From: Malacoraja senta
Taxonomy: Eukaryota
Direction of reading: 5' to 3'
Length of the DNA stretch: 60,000 bases
NCBI GenBank assembly: GCA_038087875.1
Contig: CM075989.1
Span: 14,944,001-15,004,000, forward strand
This document shows, piece after piece, positions 1 to 14,984 of the stretch. The position numbers and the translations under genes are program-made. The notes under the pieces were generated by a model, which had not been told where the DNA came from, made no database searches, and was given only the letters and a program-made list of their open reading frames with translations. How positions within the stretch are numbered: the first letter of the stretch is position 1; every line of letters starts with the position of its first letter.

Positions 1-1693
1 AGGGGCCACAGCCAAACAGTGACCGAGGTCAGTCTTAATAATTCTGCAGTGACTTATGCCAACAGATCACTCAGACTGAGGCTTTCAAATGTAATAACAT
101 TTGGGCATTCTTGTTCCTTTTTGTTACTAAAGGAAACAATTCTAAGTCTTGACTACAGAGGATAAAGTCATAATAAATGCAGTTCTAAAATATATTCAAA
201 ATATATTGAAATAGACTGGGGAATTTAAATTTACTGTTACCAATAAAACTGGAGTTCCTGAAATTCACAAACATTTTGATCCCAGAGTAATCCTGGCCTC
301 CATAACTAAGTATACTCAGAGTGAAGACGTGGTCTGATGGATATTTCTGATAAACCAACTCTGAGGCATGAATTTTGTATTTTTTCGGCTTTAATCTTCC
401 AAATTTTTGAAAAAAAATATTTTGGAAATTGGATAATTTATAATGATGCGAAAAGTTTTGTCACACACATAGGCTGGCATGCATGCTGAAAGCTGTGTCT
501 AACTAGTGCAGAATCAAATTTTAGTTTGCACAATTGGTATGGCACAATCGGACAGAAGCCAGAAATAGGTATATACATGGCTCTGCACAAAGTAGGTTTC
601 AGATCATTTCAGGAGGTCTGGAGGCAAAAATGCAGAACAACTGTGTTAAGGGATCGTGTTGACAGAGAAGGTTGTGTCAATAATTCACAACAGAAAGAAA
701 AAATCTCTTCAGGAAGGTCCAACGTAAACAATGCATGGCAACACAAGAGGTCCCCTTTCTATGCAATATTTTTGTGATGCTAGATTTAAAGAGAAACAAA
801 CTTATTTTCACTTGTAATTTCTATGCTTAAAATAAGTTTTTAAAAAGGGCGCATTCACAATTTTAAACAGCGGTATTTACAAAAGGAAAGAGACTCTTTG
901 ACTCCATGCCTGTTACTGAGGTGGCAAATTCTTGTACCACACAGAAGCATGAATAGATAATGTTCTGACTCAAATCCTGTTACTATTAATAGAATCAAAG
1001 GAAAGGATTTAGAAGTTCTGGGCAAATTCACTAGTAAATTCCAAACTACCCATTCTGAACAGTACATATAAAGAAAATGTTGAATTTTTAGCCCTTACAA
1101 TTGTACATTATACAACATTATGCACATGATTTATTCAAACTGTGCTTGTGCTTTCAGAACAGACATGACGTTTATTTTGTTCCAACTCATTTGAAGAAAG
1201 CTGGCCATTTCAACCATTTTTTTAAATTTTCTTAAGATTGGCAAAATAATTTAAGTTTCTCATCTCTGAATGTTGGCTAGGTTTCCCAGAACAAAACTAT
1301 CAAGACTTTCTACCTCAGACCTTTTGAGTACCCTGTGTCAAGCAACTTGTTTGGTGTTAATAAACTTCACTCTGCAGCTGATCCACGGGGAAAATTAAAT
1401 TACACCCTTCCCCCACCCTTGGGGACTCCCAGCACAAATGAAGGAAAAGATACTATAAACAGAGTAACAGGCTGTGGAGATGAGAACAAGATTTCGAACC
1501 TCCAGCAGAGTGTAGAAAACAAAACTCAACATGCTTATTTCTGGAAAATAATTGAGTTAAGCTATTCCTTACCATAAGTAGCATATGAGAACTTTGAATT
1601 TGTGGAGACATAGGCACTAACATATAAAGTGTCTACACAGTGAGATGGCAAATAAATCCTCAAGCCCATGAGCAATATCTGAACATTACGTAC

Positions 1694-1882
1694 CGAGCCC
1701 ACTGATGGTGTAGTGGGAATTCTGCATGCCAAGTGTGATCGGCCCAGTTTCCTGCTGGCTCTCCTCCCTGTAGAAGAGTCTGTACCCCTGGATCTGCACG
1801 TCGTTTTCCTCCGCTTGCTTCCACTTTACCTTAATTGTCGTGCAGTTGAATGGCTCCAAACGCAGCTCTGGTGCCAAGGGAA
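1694..1882 (-). CDS. PRTG: Protogenin internal coding exon (FNIII repeat; probably exon 11)
   Basis: 189 bp with AG acceptor (1883-84) and GT donor (1692-93). Reads (V)PLAPELRLEPFNCTTIKVKWKQ...QIQGYRLFYREE...HYTISGL. Phase-compatible with the upstream exon. The gene continues beyond base 1. Confidence 0.93.
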
Positions 1883-4800
1883 CTGTGGAGATGGAATAAC
1901 ATGAGTATTATTTAAGCCCGTACATTTTTGTTTCCTATTAGAATGTATTATTTCTAAAATACAACATTAAATATGATCCTTTATTTTTCTTCATGCATTA
2001 ATCTATACTTTGTTAATTCTCATGCCTTCCTCCTCCAACCCCTCCTCTTTACTGCAACACCCTATGTAACTCTAATACAACAAATTAGTTTATTCTGTTA
2101 AGATTTCAATATCTTGAGTTTCACAATGTATCACAATTTCCTTTCATTACAGAATGTTATAGGTAAATGCTAGTATCATTGTTAACATGTTATTTTGTTC
2201 ATACAACGTTTACTGTCAGATTAAAATAATAAGTTTAAACAAGCTTACTGCATACTTTTTTTGGACTTTTCTGGACTGAAAAAAGGCAACCCATACTTAT
2301 TACTATTACCACCAGAGTATCTATAGTCCCTGTGCTAATATTTAGGTTCAGCTGCAATAGGTTGATCTTAAAATAAATGTATTTCTTCAAAGAATTTAAG
2401 TGTCACATTTTACATTCCAAGAGCCAAGCTTATGTTCTCAATCTGCAATTTAGGGCTTTTTAAAAGTTGCCTAGTGTTTTAAAATCTCTACTTTGTGCCT
2501 TAGTTTCTGAACAAGTAAGTCATGGATTTTGTGCTGAGAAGAGCTCAAAATGGAGTTTAAAAAAAAGAGTGCTGGAGTAAATGGCAGGGATGACAGATAG
2601 GAGGCTACACAAAAGCAAGACAAAAAACACGAGTGTAAGCAGAACTCAGGATGCACTTTTTCCAAGTCTCGCTTTTCTTCTTTTAAGGGAAGGAATGCCG
2701 TCCACCCTGCTGTTGACTGCCCTAATCTGATGAAAACAACAGGCCTGGAGCCCCACAGGGATGTGTCCTGCTCCTTGCCTGACAGCTCCAAGATTGATGG
2801 TTTAAGATAGCAGGCACCAGAATGAAATACTGGTGCTTTGACTGTTTATTTGGCTGTATCAGCAAACATAAACACACCCCATCTCTTCGTTTGTGACCAA
2901 ACTGAATTATTCTTAGATGGATACCATTTACTAAAATCAAAAGTAAACAGTAAGATATTCTTCCCCCCATCTTCCCATTAAACACAGCCTCATCTTTACT
3001 ATCAGTGATAGCAGACTAATGCAAACCCTCATGATCCATTGATTTGGGGCCCATCCTAATGTTACTGGCACAAGGGCAAAGGTCGCTAGGGGAACAGCAG
3101 CAACATCTTAACAAGATTATTCTGACAATCTCTTATGAACAACAGGCAGATCACCAGATGCTCTACTTTGGGTTGCAAAATCATAATGCAACAATATTTA
3201 GCATTTTGATTAAAATAGGCATCGTACTAACCTAACCCAAACAGTCTGCCTAAATACTACCTATAGATCAAGTTACATCCATCTTCCTGCACCTCATAAT
3301 ACAACTCAAAACCTGTTCTCCGCTGAAATCCTGAAGTCCATAGTTTCATCATTGGTACCATTTTAAAATAAACATTGCTATTGAATCCAAGTTGTATCCT
3401 TTAGAAGATGATGCAATCATCAACAAGGAACATTAACAAGCCTCACCTTATGACTTACAATATTATCCTGTAACACTTTGGGCACTTGTTACGAAAGGTA
3501 AAAAAGAAATTAAAAAAAATTTAGGGCTCTCACTATTTAATTGCAATTCTCAATCTGAGTCGTTTACAGGAAAAATCATTTAAAAGTTCTATAAAGTACC
3601 TTCATTAACAGATATGCCCGTAGATTTTGTTTTCTTGATCAAGCTATTTCACTTTTAATGCTCCGACAATTGACTTAGACATGCATTTACTGAGGTGCTC
3701 TGGCCATTTTAACTGCCTGGTATTGATTCCATAATGAACGCCGCCTAACCCAGGGAGAATGATTTGGTGGCCAGCAGGCTTTTGCTAGGCACAGGCACAT
3801 CAGGAGCTCATGGCAAACACGTCCAGCAACAAGCTTCAGTTGCAATTTAGATCCAGAGACAAAAAGGAAATGTGCCTCAGCAGAACACCTTTTAGGGTTT
3901 GATTCACGTTTAACATATTGAAATTCAAAGTATTTTTGGATGCACCTGCTCACAACTTTACATTCTCTCCAAAAATATTAAAGTCACCAAAATAAATCAA
4001 AAGTGAACAAGTTTCTGATTGGGGAATGGAACCACCAGCAAGCTCTCCTTCTCTACCCCACCCCACCCTAGCCCCTCAACCCAGCCCCCAGTTTGAAGGA
4101 CCCAGTACAAGTTGCAAATTACCCTGTTATTGAATCTGTTTCATCTAGTTCAAAGTGCCCTTATTTCTCACTAGAATCTAGCAAGGATTACATTGCAGTT
4201 CCACAGCACACATTTGCATAGAGATAAGTTAAGTCAACAGAACTGAAATTCCTTTGTCCCGTGATCACAAAATGGCACTGATGGATGGTGAAGAGAAGTG
4301 TGGTCCTAGCAGTGTCCCCGGTCTGATAAAGGGGAGGGGAATGCAATGAGAGTTTCCATAACAGTGGTGGTGAATGAGGCACAATGAAACACTGCAATGT
4401 AAACATCAGACGGTGATTTCTTTATTTTGTCTCAAAATTGGAAGTTTAACAAAGAAAGATATATCACCTATGCTTTTCCTTGTGGGGACGGGCAGAGTTT
4501 TGGTTTGGGAGAATATATAAAAATAATTCATCCTTCTCCAGTCTACAGGCTAATCTCAAATTAATTAAGAAGAATTGAATTAAGAATCTGCATTAAACAA
4601 AACTTAAATTCACTGAAAGCATCAAGACAGTTCTGTAATAGTTCGGTGGATCACAAGAAATTTACAAGTATTTCCAATCAAATAAAATTAATTGAAATGG
4701 CAACACTGTGAAAGGAGCTCCCTCAGGAGCATTCAATCCAAACTTAGGTGTTTGCACTAAATTCTGAAAGGCAGCTAGACATCATTCGTCAGAGGAATGT

Positions 4801-6328
4801 ATAAACCCCCATATCAGTTTATTTACAAGAATCTTTTGGTTTCCACTCTTCTATCCCAAAGACAATGATCTGTTGGGGGTAGAAGAGGCGGGGAGAAATA
4901 AGGGAGCCAAACAGTCACTGTTCAACTGAGATGGCAATTGTTTCTAAAACACACAAGGATCTCATAGCCAAGCTCAAAATATTTTATTCAAGATACATGC
5001 AACACATATGCACTAAATCCAGGTGTTACCAATGGCCAGAATTAAGGAGGAATCCTGACCTTTTCCCATCTTGGTCCAAAAGGCACCAATGCCTTGTGAA
5101 TGGAATCTGCACTTTTCTGTTGAGTATCCTTCAAAAACATGTTACCTTTATTGACCGACCCAACAGAGAAAGTCTTCATGTACTGATCAAAACTAAATGG
5201 ATTCTGGAATAAGGTAGATTATCAAGGTTCCTACAATGCTATCAGTAGTCAAGATTTATTTGTGTTGATCATATGTACAATTCAAACATGTGTTTGGCAC
5301 AGTCACAATTGGAAGATAGATAAGTGAACTCAGATTGCAAAGGAGCCAGACAATTATAAAAGACTAAATTGCATTTCCAAATGGAAAACAGATTCATTGG
5401 TTGGCAAAGGATTTGCGACTCATTATTCCTCTGTAGACACTGAGCCCTGCTGATCGCCAATACTGGATGACACGCTGTCGTATTGTGAGAGGGTTGGGGG
5501 GGACGTAGTGAGATGCAGGAGGCTGAAAAAACAGACTTTATTTGGTTTCTGGATTAAGATCAGAACTGAGTATCTAGAACTTGGTGAATTTAAGCCTTCA
5601 CGTTTTTCTTTTTTAATAAATGGTACAACAGTATCTGTAGTTTAATTTGGGAATAAATGCCTGGTGTGTGAAAAGTAAGCTCTCTTCCCCAACTCTACCA
5701 AAGAGAATAGCCTTGCATTTGTAAAGGAAACGACGATGCCAAAGGTTTCTCCTAAAATGTTACATTTCAGCATAAGTATTTATTATCTGAACTACATAGG
5801 GAGAGTCTTAGAATATTCAAGTTAGTTCTACCCCACCATGCAGACTTTCAATTGAGATGTTAATAAAACCCACAGTAAAAAAAAACAAGACAAAAGTGGC
5901 TGGGACCGAGATCCATGTCTGCTTAGGAAAGTAATTCATGCACACCGAATCAAAAAAGGTAGAAAAACACTGAATTATTGCTGATCTGTTATAATTATTA
6001 TAAAGAGACATGTACTGGTATAAAGGTGCACATTCTTTTCTTCAGAAAAATGTAACTAATTGGAATTCCAAGTCGAATTATCTCTTACACCAATGGATGT
6101 GAACACTATCATTATAAATTTGCAGTGTTCAATCTTTCAAACCATACACAGCATTGCAGATCGCCAGAATATCCTATCATTATAGATCTGGATTTTAAAA
6201 ATACAGTATTCTAAGTTCAGTACCAACGATGACAGATGATAAAAACCTGTGTTATAGATTGTTAATAAAATGCTAACCCGTTGGGATGCCTGATATTTCT
6301 CTTCTCTTTCTCTAACACAATGGATTAC

Positions 6329-6634
6329 CTTTGACACTGGTAGCTTTTGGGGTTCTGTGGGATGTCCAGATTGAAGATTCTCCCCAGCCGACCTTGGTTG
6401 CTGCAGAGATTCGTACAAGGTAAGTGCTGTCAGGTTCGACGTCTTCAAGCAGGTGGTCCGATATGGCTCCTGGAAGCTCCACCAAGTGGACAGCGCGCTC
6501 TGTGCTTTTACGATAGTGAATGCGATAGGCAATAATACGACCTCTCCTGAACTTGGCTGGAATGGGAAGCCACGAGATCAGGATGTCGGTTGGGCTACGA
6601 CTGGTCAAACTGATTTCTGGCACTCTTAGAGGGA
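6329..6634 (-). CDS. PRTG: Protogenin coding exon (FNIII; probably exon 10)
   Basis: 306 bp, GT-AG. Reads [34 protein letters not shown]...[31 protein letters not shown]. Confidence 0.95.
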
Positions 6635-7813
6635 CTGCATCGGAAAGAATCAAGAAAGTAAATGATATTTAAAAGATGTCCATGTAAAAGTGATTATAAT
6701 ATTTAGGAACATTACATTTGGGTGGCAAGAGAATCAAATTACTTCAGCTGCAATCATTGTGAATGAAACCTATCTCTGCCAAACTCACTAAAGGCAAGCT
6801 GTGGTAATACATACATGTTTAATCCTCTTTCAAAAGTCAGTGGAATCAAATTTTAGAAGCAGCATTCAACTATTATACTCCATAGTACCATGTGCATAGC
6901 ATGCAAGAGGATTAATCTGTAATACTGGACTGAGTAAACATAATTTAACACAGCATTTTAAAATAAGTTCTTAACCTGGTAATTCTAGGGTGAATGCCGA
7001 GATTTGTTTCTCCATGTATGCTTGTTTTATCATGTAGACAGTATTTACTCTGTTCAATTTCAAGTATCATCATATTCAATGCAACCTAACTTTTGAAAAA
7101 CAACACCAGCTACAGTTGATTGACTAGTAGAAGGATTAAGTTACGATTAGGTTTAACCTTATTCATTCATTGTGCCACTTGTACACATTAACAACTTGTT
7201 TCAGAAATTCTAATACTATTTTCTCTAGTTTGAAGATGGAAGATGCATGCATTTGTTTTTAATGAATTACTGCAAATAAACATGATCACAACTCCCATAC
7301 ATCACAGGTGGGAGTGGATAAACTAAGCTCCAATTAAAATAAGACTAGGTATTGGTAAAAAACTTCAAGCATCTCATCCAATTTTAGGATCAGATGGTTC
7401 CCGATTTTATTTGAAATAAGCTACACCTGTGACTCAATGGCAGAATAAATCATGGGTGCAATGCCCAGATGTTAAATAATCAAGATACACAAAAATGCTG
7501 GAAAAACTCAGCGGGTGTAGCAACATTTATGGAGTGAAGGAAATAGGCAACGTTTCGGATCGAAACCCTTCTTCAGAAATAACCAAGAACTTTCCAAGCT
7601 TTTAGTTGGAAGAAATGGATAGATTTGGTTTGACAAAGGGATGGTAAATCTGTGGAATTCATTGTCACAGAAGACTGTGGAGACCAACTCAATTAATATT
7701 TTAAAGGCAGAGGTAGATAGATTCTTGATTAGTACAGGCATTAGGGGTTATGGGGAGAAGGCAGGAGATTGGGGTTAAGATTGAAAAATAAATCTCAGAA
7801 TAGCTTTTTATAC

Positions 7814-7978
7814 CATCTTCCAAGGTGTGCTGAGTCACATGTTCTGACATTCGACTGGCTCCCATGGGCATGTAGGCAACAATATAGAACGTGTAGTTGC
7901 TGGCTGGTTCTAAATCATCAATAATGTAACGAGTTGTATCATTCCCAATAACCACTTGATATTCCTCATTATTTAAAC
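7814..7978 (-). CDS. PRTG: Protogenin coding exon (FNIII; probably exon 9)
   Basis: 165 bp, GT-AG. Reads [55 protein letters not shown], recognisably PRTG. Confidence 0.95.
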
Positions 7979-9029
7979 CTGGAGAAAGAAAATACTCTTG
8001 TTAATTTGTGAAGCAAGAATAAGTAACCTCAGCAACACATTTATGGCTGTAGTTCTTCTGCAGAAGGTACGCAAACAAAAAAATAAGACACAAATCTGTC
8101 TAAATATCTCTTAAAATTTGTTATATTTCTGTCTTTTCATTTAATTTCACAGTAAATAATACTTTTCCCTATTGCCACAATAATAATGCAATTCTTATTA
8201 GAAGTCGATCTTCCAGTCATCAGCTTCATCATTCATTTGCTTCTTAAAGCAAGGCAGAGCATTTTAATACAGCCAAAAGCAAAATTATTCCCAATTACAT
8301 TTTCCCACATTCATGAATAAGCTTGAAAGCCGCTTAATTTGCAAAACCCAGGAGCCCCATACACAAGTAGTAATTACTGGCTAATAATGAATTTCAAAAG
8401 TCCTGATTTCTGACCTATGGAACAAAATCCTTGAAGGAAAATTAAAGAGTCTTGTTACCCTTCTGAATGCTTCAACAGAACTCATGCTGGGGCTTAACGA
8501 AATAACTATAATGGAACACAAAGCAACCATTCGACTGCTAGCTGCACTCTGTAGCCAACACTTTAATGCCTTCAGAAAACTGGTGGTGCTGCCTGAACAC
8601 ACTTCACCACACACTTTAATTATACCTTCCTGCATTTCTATACTCTCTGTTCTATGAACTCATAATAAACACCTTTCCCTTGAGAAGGTAAACCTTCCAC
8701 CCGATTTTAATCATCTCAACAGATCTCATTGTTTGTGCAGAGAAGGCTGCTATTCCCATTTGATTAGAGGGGCTATTCTCTTGTAGTGACCTCTGCCCAG
8801 CAACAGAATATTAACAACAGATGGTCATCTTCTCACATTCCAATGAGACACCAGGAAGGGAGAATGTCCAAGCACAAACCACCAACAAAATGATGATACG
8901 TGTAGATTAACTTTAAAACAACCTATTTAGAATATGTACAAACTGATGCTTCTCCTCAAGTTCTGGTTTAGATGTACCTTTTACAGCATTAAATATTCAC
9001 AGACATACAAATATAGAGACTTTCACACA

Positions 9030-9148
9030 AAGAGAGAGGGAAGCACACACACTCGCACAGACCCAGAGAGAGAGAAGAGAGAGAGGCACACACACACACA
9101 CACACACACGGAGGCAGAGGGACACACAGAGAGAGCAGCACAGAGGGA
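9030..9148. repeat. (AG)/(AC) compound microsatellite
   Basis: Directly visible. Confidence 0.85.
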
Positions 9149-9249
9149 GATAATTTTATTTAAAAGCTTCGAACTCTGTGTTGGCTGAAGGAGAGAAACT
9201 AGCTTAAGCAACATCGGCTCCGAGTGTCAGAACGATATTCAAGGCTCAC

Positions 9250-9497
9250 CTTCAGCTTTCATGTAATGGACAGAGTATGCAATTACTTTATCGGAATTGT
9301 ACATGGGCCTTTGCCAAGACAAAAGAATCCCTGAACTCGACACAGTTTCAGCCTGGATGTTTCGAGGTGCACTTGGTCTGTCTTCAGACATTATAACAAT
9401 CAATCTGGCCACTGAAAGAACCGATCCTTGTTCATTTTCAGCCACACACTGGTAAATGGCATCATCTTCAGGAATGATCTGGTTTATCACCAATTTG
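9250..9497 (-). CDS. PRTG: Protogenin coding exon (end of Ig4, start of FNIII-1; probably exon 8)
   Basis: 248 bp with AAG acceptor and GTGAG donor. Reads [47 protein letters not shown]...[12 protein letters not shown]. Confidence 0.95.
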
Positions 9498-11057
9498 CTT
9501 GAAATAAAAAGAATTTGTTTTATTAACCAAATTATCAATGATAACAAAACTGACAATATTTATTGTAAATAACTAAGTTCAGTTCTTCACCAATTTATAT
9601 TTGAAAGTTTTAAAAAGAGGTCATACCTTGGATATTAATATTTGGAATCGTACAGAAGAAAATTATAACAATGTGACTGATTTACTACCCACAAGTCCAC
9701 TAACCACATGAACTTCATTTGTACAAAAATATTTAATTTCAGTGCAAAACTGGTTCAATTCCGTTCAAGCAAGCAGCTTTCAATGAAGACCCTCTCAAAT
9801 GTGCCCTTTAGTGCAGCTATTCATAAAGTCAACTTGGAACTCCTTGGTGGGATGACACCAGCTTTCATGTCCTGTAAACAATGACCCGTAGGGATAATGC
9901 TCTACTTTTAGTTTATGGCAACAGTCCATAAGTTGCAAAGCGAGCTGGTTCATGCAACTTTATTGGTTATCTGCACTGTACAGATAAGTGGCTCCATCTG
10001 AGGTTTCTCATCCTGTCATTGATTACATTCATTGTGCTGGACTCAGGCTTGCATCAGCAAGTCTAGCATACAAAGCCATAAACCAGCTCTTTAATATGGC
10101 AATATGATATCATAATTAAGGCCAAAAACTCATGCACACTTGGTTATTACTCAGAGAATGGTTATGTTTTCACTACATTGGAATGCAAAACTTCTTAACA
10201 TCCACGTTCATCGGGATGTCAAAGATGTTTATGATATGCCATCTCACCATAAAAAGCTGTCAACACGAGCTGTACCACAACACCTACAAGAAGGTTGCCT
10301 TATTCGTGTCATTTCTTATCAGCGATGGCCAGTCCGTGCAAAACTATCTCTTTAAGATAACTGAAACCTTTTAACAGAGAACGCCAACTAAACAGGCAAC
10401 CATGTTCCCATTAAAAATAGCTGACTGACCCAAGTTTCTAAACTGGACGAGAAAGTTCCGAATCAGGAGTAGGGAAGCAGTGCTCTGCATGTACTTTGTC
10501 CAACAGTCATCCTTGCTCCCAGCCTGATCCCATTCACATCCATCATCACACTGTCAAATACAAATGCAGGAAGTGTAGACGATTCTTCTTTTCCATCCCG
10601 GAACATAATATCAACCACACCACCCCAGCAGACATGAGTGAATGTACCTGGAACCCACTGAGGCTTTGGCTCTCCACAACAACATGTGGCATGTTTAGCA
10701 AGCAAAATGTCCATGACTTTAACTGAAGTTTGATACTCTGGGCACAACTATAATTTGATTCCTTCAGCTTTCTTTAGTTTTCACAAAGCCAAGGATGCAT
10801 TTGGCATCATTTAGTTGTGATGTACTGAAAAGAATACTGCATTATAAAGGAGCACCTGGTCACTGCAAACCATGCTGAACAATTCCTGCTGACAATCAAC
10901 AATCGTGCACAAATTAACAGAGCTTTCTGTTCCTTAATATCAATGTTGCTACCACCTAGAGCCTGGGAGGATCGGACTATGAGTTTCCGATTCATATTTC
11001 AATTAAACATATGGATTTGTATTGGATGGGGCCCATACCATTCTGGTCAAGCTCATT

Positions 11058-11500
11058 CAATAGATAATAGACAATAGGTGCAGGAGTAGGCCATTTGGCC
11101 CTTCGAGCCAGCACCGCCATTCAATGTGATCATGGCTGATCATCCCCAATCAGTACCCCGTTCCTGCCTTCTCCCCATATCCCCTGACCGCTATTTTTAA
11201 GAGCCCTATCTAGCTCTCTCTTGAAAGCATCCAGAGAACCTTCCTCCACCGCCCTCTGAGGCAGAGAATTCCACACTCACCACTCTCTGTGAGAAAAAGT
11301 GTTTCCTCGTCTCCATTCTAAATGGCTTAATCCTTATTCTTAAACTGTGGCCCCTGGTTCCGGACTCCCCCAACATCAGGAACATGTTTCCTGCCTCTAG
11401 CGTGTCCAAGCCCTTAACAATCTTATATGTTTCAATGAGATAACCTCTCATCCTTCTAAACTCCAGACTGTACAAGCCCAGCTGCTCCATTCTCTCAGCA
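11058..11500 (-). mobile_element. CR1-clade LINE 3' fragment
   Basis: Reads LGLYSLEFRRMRGYLIETYKIVKGLD and has a (CTATTGT)n-type tail. Same subfamily as 54382-54590 (+). Confidence 0.88.
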
Positions 11501-11569
11501 GAATCCACATAATTCCACAGAATCCACATAAGGATTTTACCACCAAGGGAGGAATACATTTTAGATCAA

Positions 11570-13055
11570 GTAGATATATCTCCCAGGCCTGATCAGATAA
11601 ATCTGAGGACATTGTGGGAAGCTGGAGAAGAAATTGCATGAGCCCTGGCTGAGGTATATGAATCATCATTAGACATGGGTGAAGTACCGGTAGACTGAAG
11701 GATGGCTAATTTTGTGCCTCAGAAGGGCTGCAAGGAAATGCTTTGGAACTATAGACCAGTGAGCCTAACATCTGTGGTAGGCAAGTTACTGAAGAGGATT
11801 CTGAGGGATTAGATATATATGCACTTGGATAGACAGGGGCTGATTTGCAATGGTCAGCATAGTTTTGTACACGAGTGAGTTTTTTGAAGAAGTAACCAAA
11901 AAGGTTTACGAGGGCAAAGTGATAAGACATATTCCATATGGACTTTAGCAAGACATTTAATAAAGTTCTGCATAGTAGGCTTCCCTAGAAGGTTAGATCA
12001 CACAGAATCCAGGGAGAGCTAGCCGACTAGATAGAGAATTGGCTTCATGGAAAAAAGCTGAAGGTGATGGTAGAAGGTTGTTTTCAGACTGGAGGCCCTA
12101 GAGTAGGTGTGCTTCAGGGATTGGTGCTGGGCCCATTGGCGTTTATGGCTCTCGTTAACGATTTAGATGAGAATGCGCATGGATAATTAGTAAGTTTGCA
12201 TATGAAACTAAAGTGAGTGGTATCGTAGATAGCGAAGATGGTTATCAAAAATTACAACCGTATCTTGATCAGCTGGTCAGGTGGGCTGAGGAATGGTTAA
12301 TGGAGTTTAATGCAGATAAGTGCGAGGTGATACATTTTGGGAAGTCAAACAAGGCAGGACCCTGAGGAGTGTTGGAGAGCAGTAGGATCTTGGAGTGCAG
12401 ATACATAGTTCCCTGAAAGTGGCGTTACAGGTAGATAGGATAGTTAAAAAAGCTTTTGGTACATTGTCCTTCTCCTCTTCAGTCACGGTATTGAATATTG
12501 TTATGATATAGTTACACAAGATGTTGGTGAGGCAGCATTTGGAGCACTATGTTCCGTTTTGGTCACCCCTACTATAGAAGGATGTCATTAAGCTGGAAAA
12601 AGTACAGAAAACATTTACGAGGATGTTGCCAGGACTTGAGGGTCTGAGCTATAGGGAGAGGTTTGGCAGGCTTGGACATTATATCATTGGAGCGCAGGAA
12701 GTTGAGAGGAGATCGTATATAGAGGTGTATAAAATCATAGGTGAATGCTCAGATTTTTTAGACAGAGTAGCAGAATCAAGAACCAGAGGACATAGGTTTT
12801 AAACAGAGAGGAGAAAGTTTTAATGGGAAACTGAGGGGCAACTTTTTCCACTCAGAGGGTGGAAGGCATTTGGAATGAGCTGCCCGAAGAGGTAGTTGAG
12901 GCATGTATTATAACAACATTTAAGACATTTGAACAGGGATATGGATCCGAAATGTTTAGCGGGATTCGAGCCAAACATGGGCAGATGGGACTCGCGTAGA
13001 TGGGGCATCTTGGCATAGTCAAATTGGCCCAAGGGCATGTTTCTGTGCTAGATGA
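11570..13055 (+). mobile_element. Older degenerate CR1 LINE (RT through 3'UTR)
   Basis: Decayed NYRPVSLTSVVGKL, MDFSKTFNKV, ISKFA and KLEKVQK.FTRMLPGL motifs with many stops. Confidence 0.82.
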
Positions 13056-13354
13056 CCATCATAATTTTTATATACATATATAAAAGTCAAGCAGTTCTGG
13101 TAAAAATTGTCACTCAAATTTGGCTTAAAGAGTTTTAATTTTTACATCCAGAATATTTTTAATCAAGACAGTTGACTTTCTAGTTAAACCGTTGTTCACG
13201 ACGTTTAACCAACCAAACTATTGCATAAGCAGCTACACTTCAGGCAAAAACTAAATAGTAGACATTTTCAAACATTAAAAAAACATTAAAAAAACAAGAC
13301 ATTAAAAAAATAATTATATTCCATTAGCAAGATTTTTAAAACAAAAAAGCCAAC

Positions 13355-13517
13355 CTGCTATACTGGACCTTAATACGTCCATTGGAATTAATCCGTTGTC
13401 CGTTCTTCAGCCAACTAATTTTTGGTGTAGGAATACCTTCCGCCTGACACATAAACCTGGCTGTACCAGCACGCGGGCGTGTCAGACTCTCGGGCCACTC
13501 GACAAAGGAAGGTGGTG
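13355..13517 (-). CDS. PRTG: Protogenin coding exon (Ig4; probably exon 7)
   Basis: 163 bp, GT-AG. Reads [55 protein letters not shown] and joins the next exon in frame (AG|C). Confidence 0.93.
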
Positions 13518-14339
13518 CTGCAAACAACATGGAAAACATCTTTGAGACCTTTCTTTTGCTCTGGAAAAAGTGTCTCACTCAAAAAAATCTAACAATCAAA
13601 AATAAAAAATGTGGTGATGGTGGGGGGCGGGGGGGGGTGATGGGGAGTGCTGAAGAATTTGCTAAAGTATGATGAGCCAGTGATGAACTGACACAGGCAA
13701 AAGGTAAAAGTAGCAAGAAAAGGGAGTGGGACTTTAAAAAAAAACATAATTGGAGGGTGCTTCAGAATAGCAAGTATGGTCCTTTAGGAGAAGCTCAAAC
13801 CATTCCCACCTGATCATTATTGTGCAACTAACTATGCTAAACCACGCTGAAGTTTTTCATGCTGTTACCTTGTGCCCCAAATTAGATAAGTGTTTCATCT
13901 TGCTCAGCAGTAGCATTCTTCATTTTGATAATGTTCACTAACAAATAAGATGTGTAAAAAAAACTATAAATAAATTGCCTCTATTGACACCTTATCTTTC
14001 ACATCCAAATCAGAAACACAAATGGATCAAAAAGAAACAAAAGGGAACACATGAGTGGCTAAACATGTATCAAGGACAATGCTAATGAACAAGATTCTGG
14101 TGTTTTGTTTCAATAAAGGTTTCGTGTTTTCTTTTCATTATCTACCAAAGCCTTTCACACAAACCAAGGTAATTCAGTAGCTTCTGTTAGTTATCATCCC
14201 ACTACTCACCAGTCCCTTATGGAATGTCCACTGTGTTCATCCACATTCTTTCATGGATACCAGCTCCATTTCATTACCTTTTAAAAAGCTTTGCTCTTTT
14301 TGTAAATAACAGTAAACAAAATACCATTCCTGTCAACTT

Positions 14340-14600
14340 GGCTTGGGATGGCTGTGCCCTCATTTCTGAGACTGAGCACATAATCTAGACCAAAGCGTTT
14401 GTGCAGTACTAAAGGGAGTACTGCACAGTCAAAGCACTCTCTCTTCAGATTCTCTAATGGATGCATGACACTATCTGAAGTGAAGTAGGGAGCTTTCCCA
14501 GGCCAATACCCCTCCTCAACCAATCACACCAAAAATATGAATTGACTATTCTTCATGACGTTCTGACTCAATTTTCCTGTGTTTATCCATAAAACAATGG
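14340..14600 (+). mobile_element. Ancient Deu-domain SINE remnant (SacSINE1/AmnSINE1-like)
   Basis: GCAGTACTAAAGGGAGTACTGCACAGTC...GGCCAATA..CCTCAACCAA resembles the Deu domain. Similar minus-strand remnants lie at ~31370-31620 and ~38200-38590. Confidence 0.55.
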
Positions 14601-14825
14601 TGACACCAACCCAATTCTCTGCACATAAAGGGATATATCTGAGAGATTGGTTCAATGCCGTTATATATAGAGGCTAAACATTGTATAATTTTTAACTTAC
14701 TTAAATTATGAGCATACTTATATTGTTGTTCAAGTTCAAAAGAACAGTGGTAAGCACCTTTAAAAAAAAAACAAATTCATTTACGTAAAGCTAGAATCTT
14801 TATCATGGTGTGTTTGTTATCTTAC

Positions 14826-14984
14826 CCAGCACTGTAAGCATAGCTGTTGCAACAGTGTAGTTGCGTGTGCCAGGTGTGGTGGCCCGACACACATATATTC
14901 CAGCATGTTGAACCTTCACATCCGATATCATCAGATTCCCATTCCCCAGAACACGAGTATTGAAGACATCAATAGACCTGTGAT
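14826..14984 (-). CDS. PRTG: Protogenin coding exon (Ig3; probably exon 6), not in the ORF track
   Basis: 159 bp with CAG acceptor and GTAAG donor. Reads [53 protein letters not shown]. Confidence 0.95.
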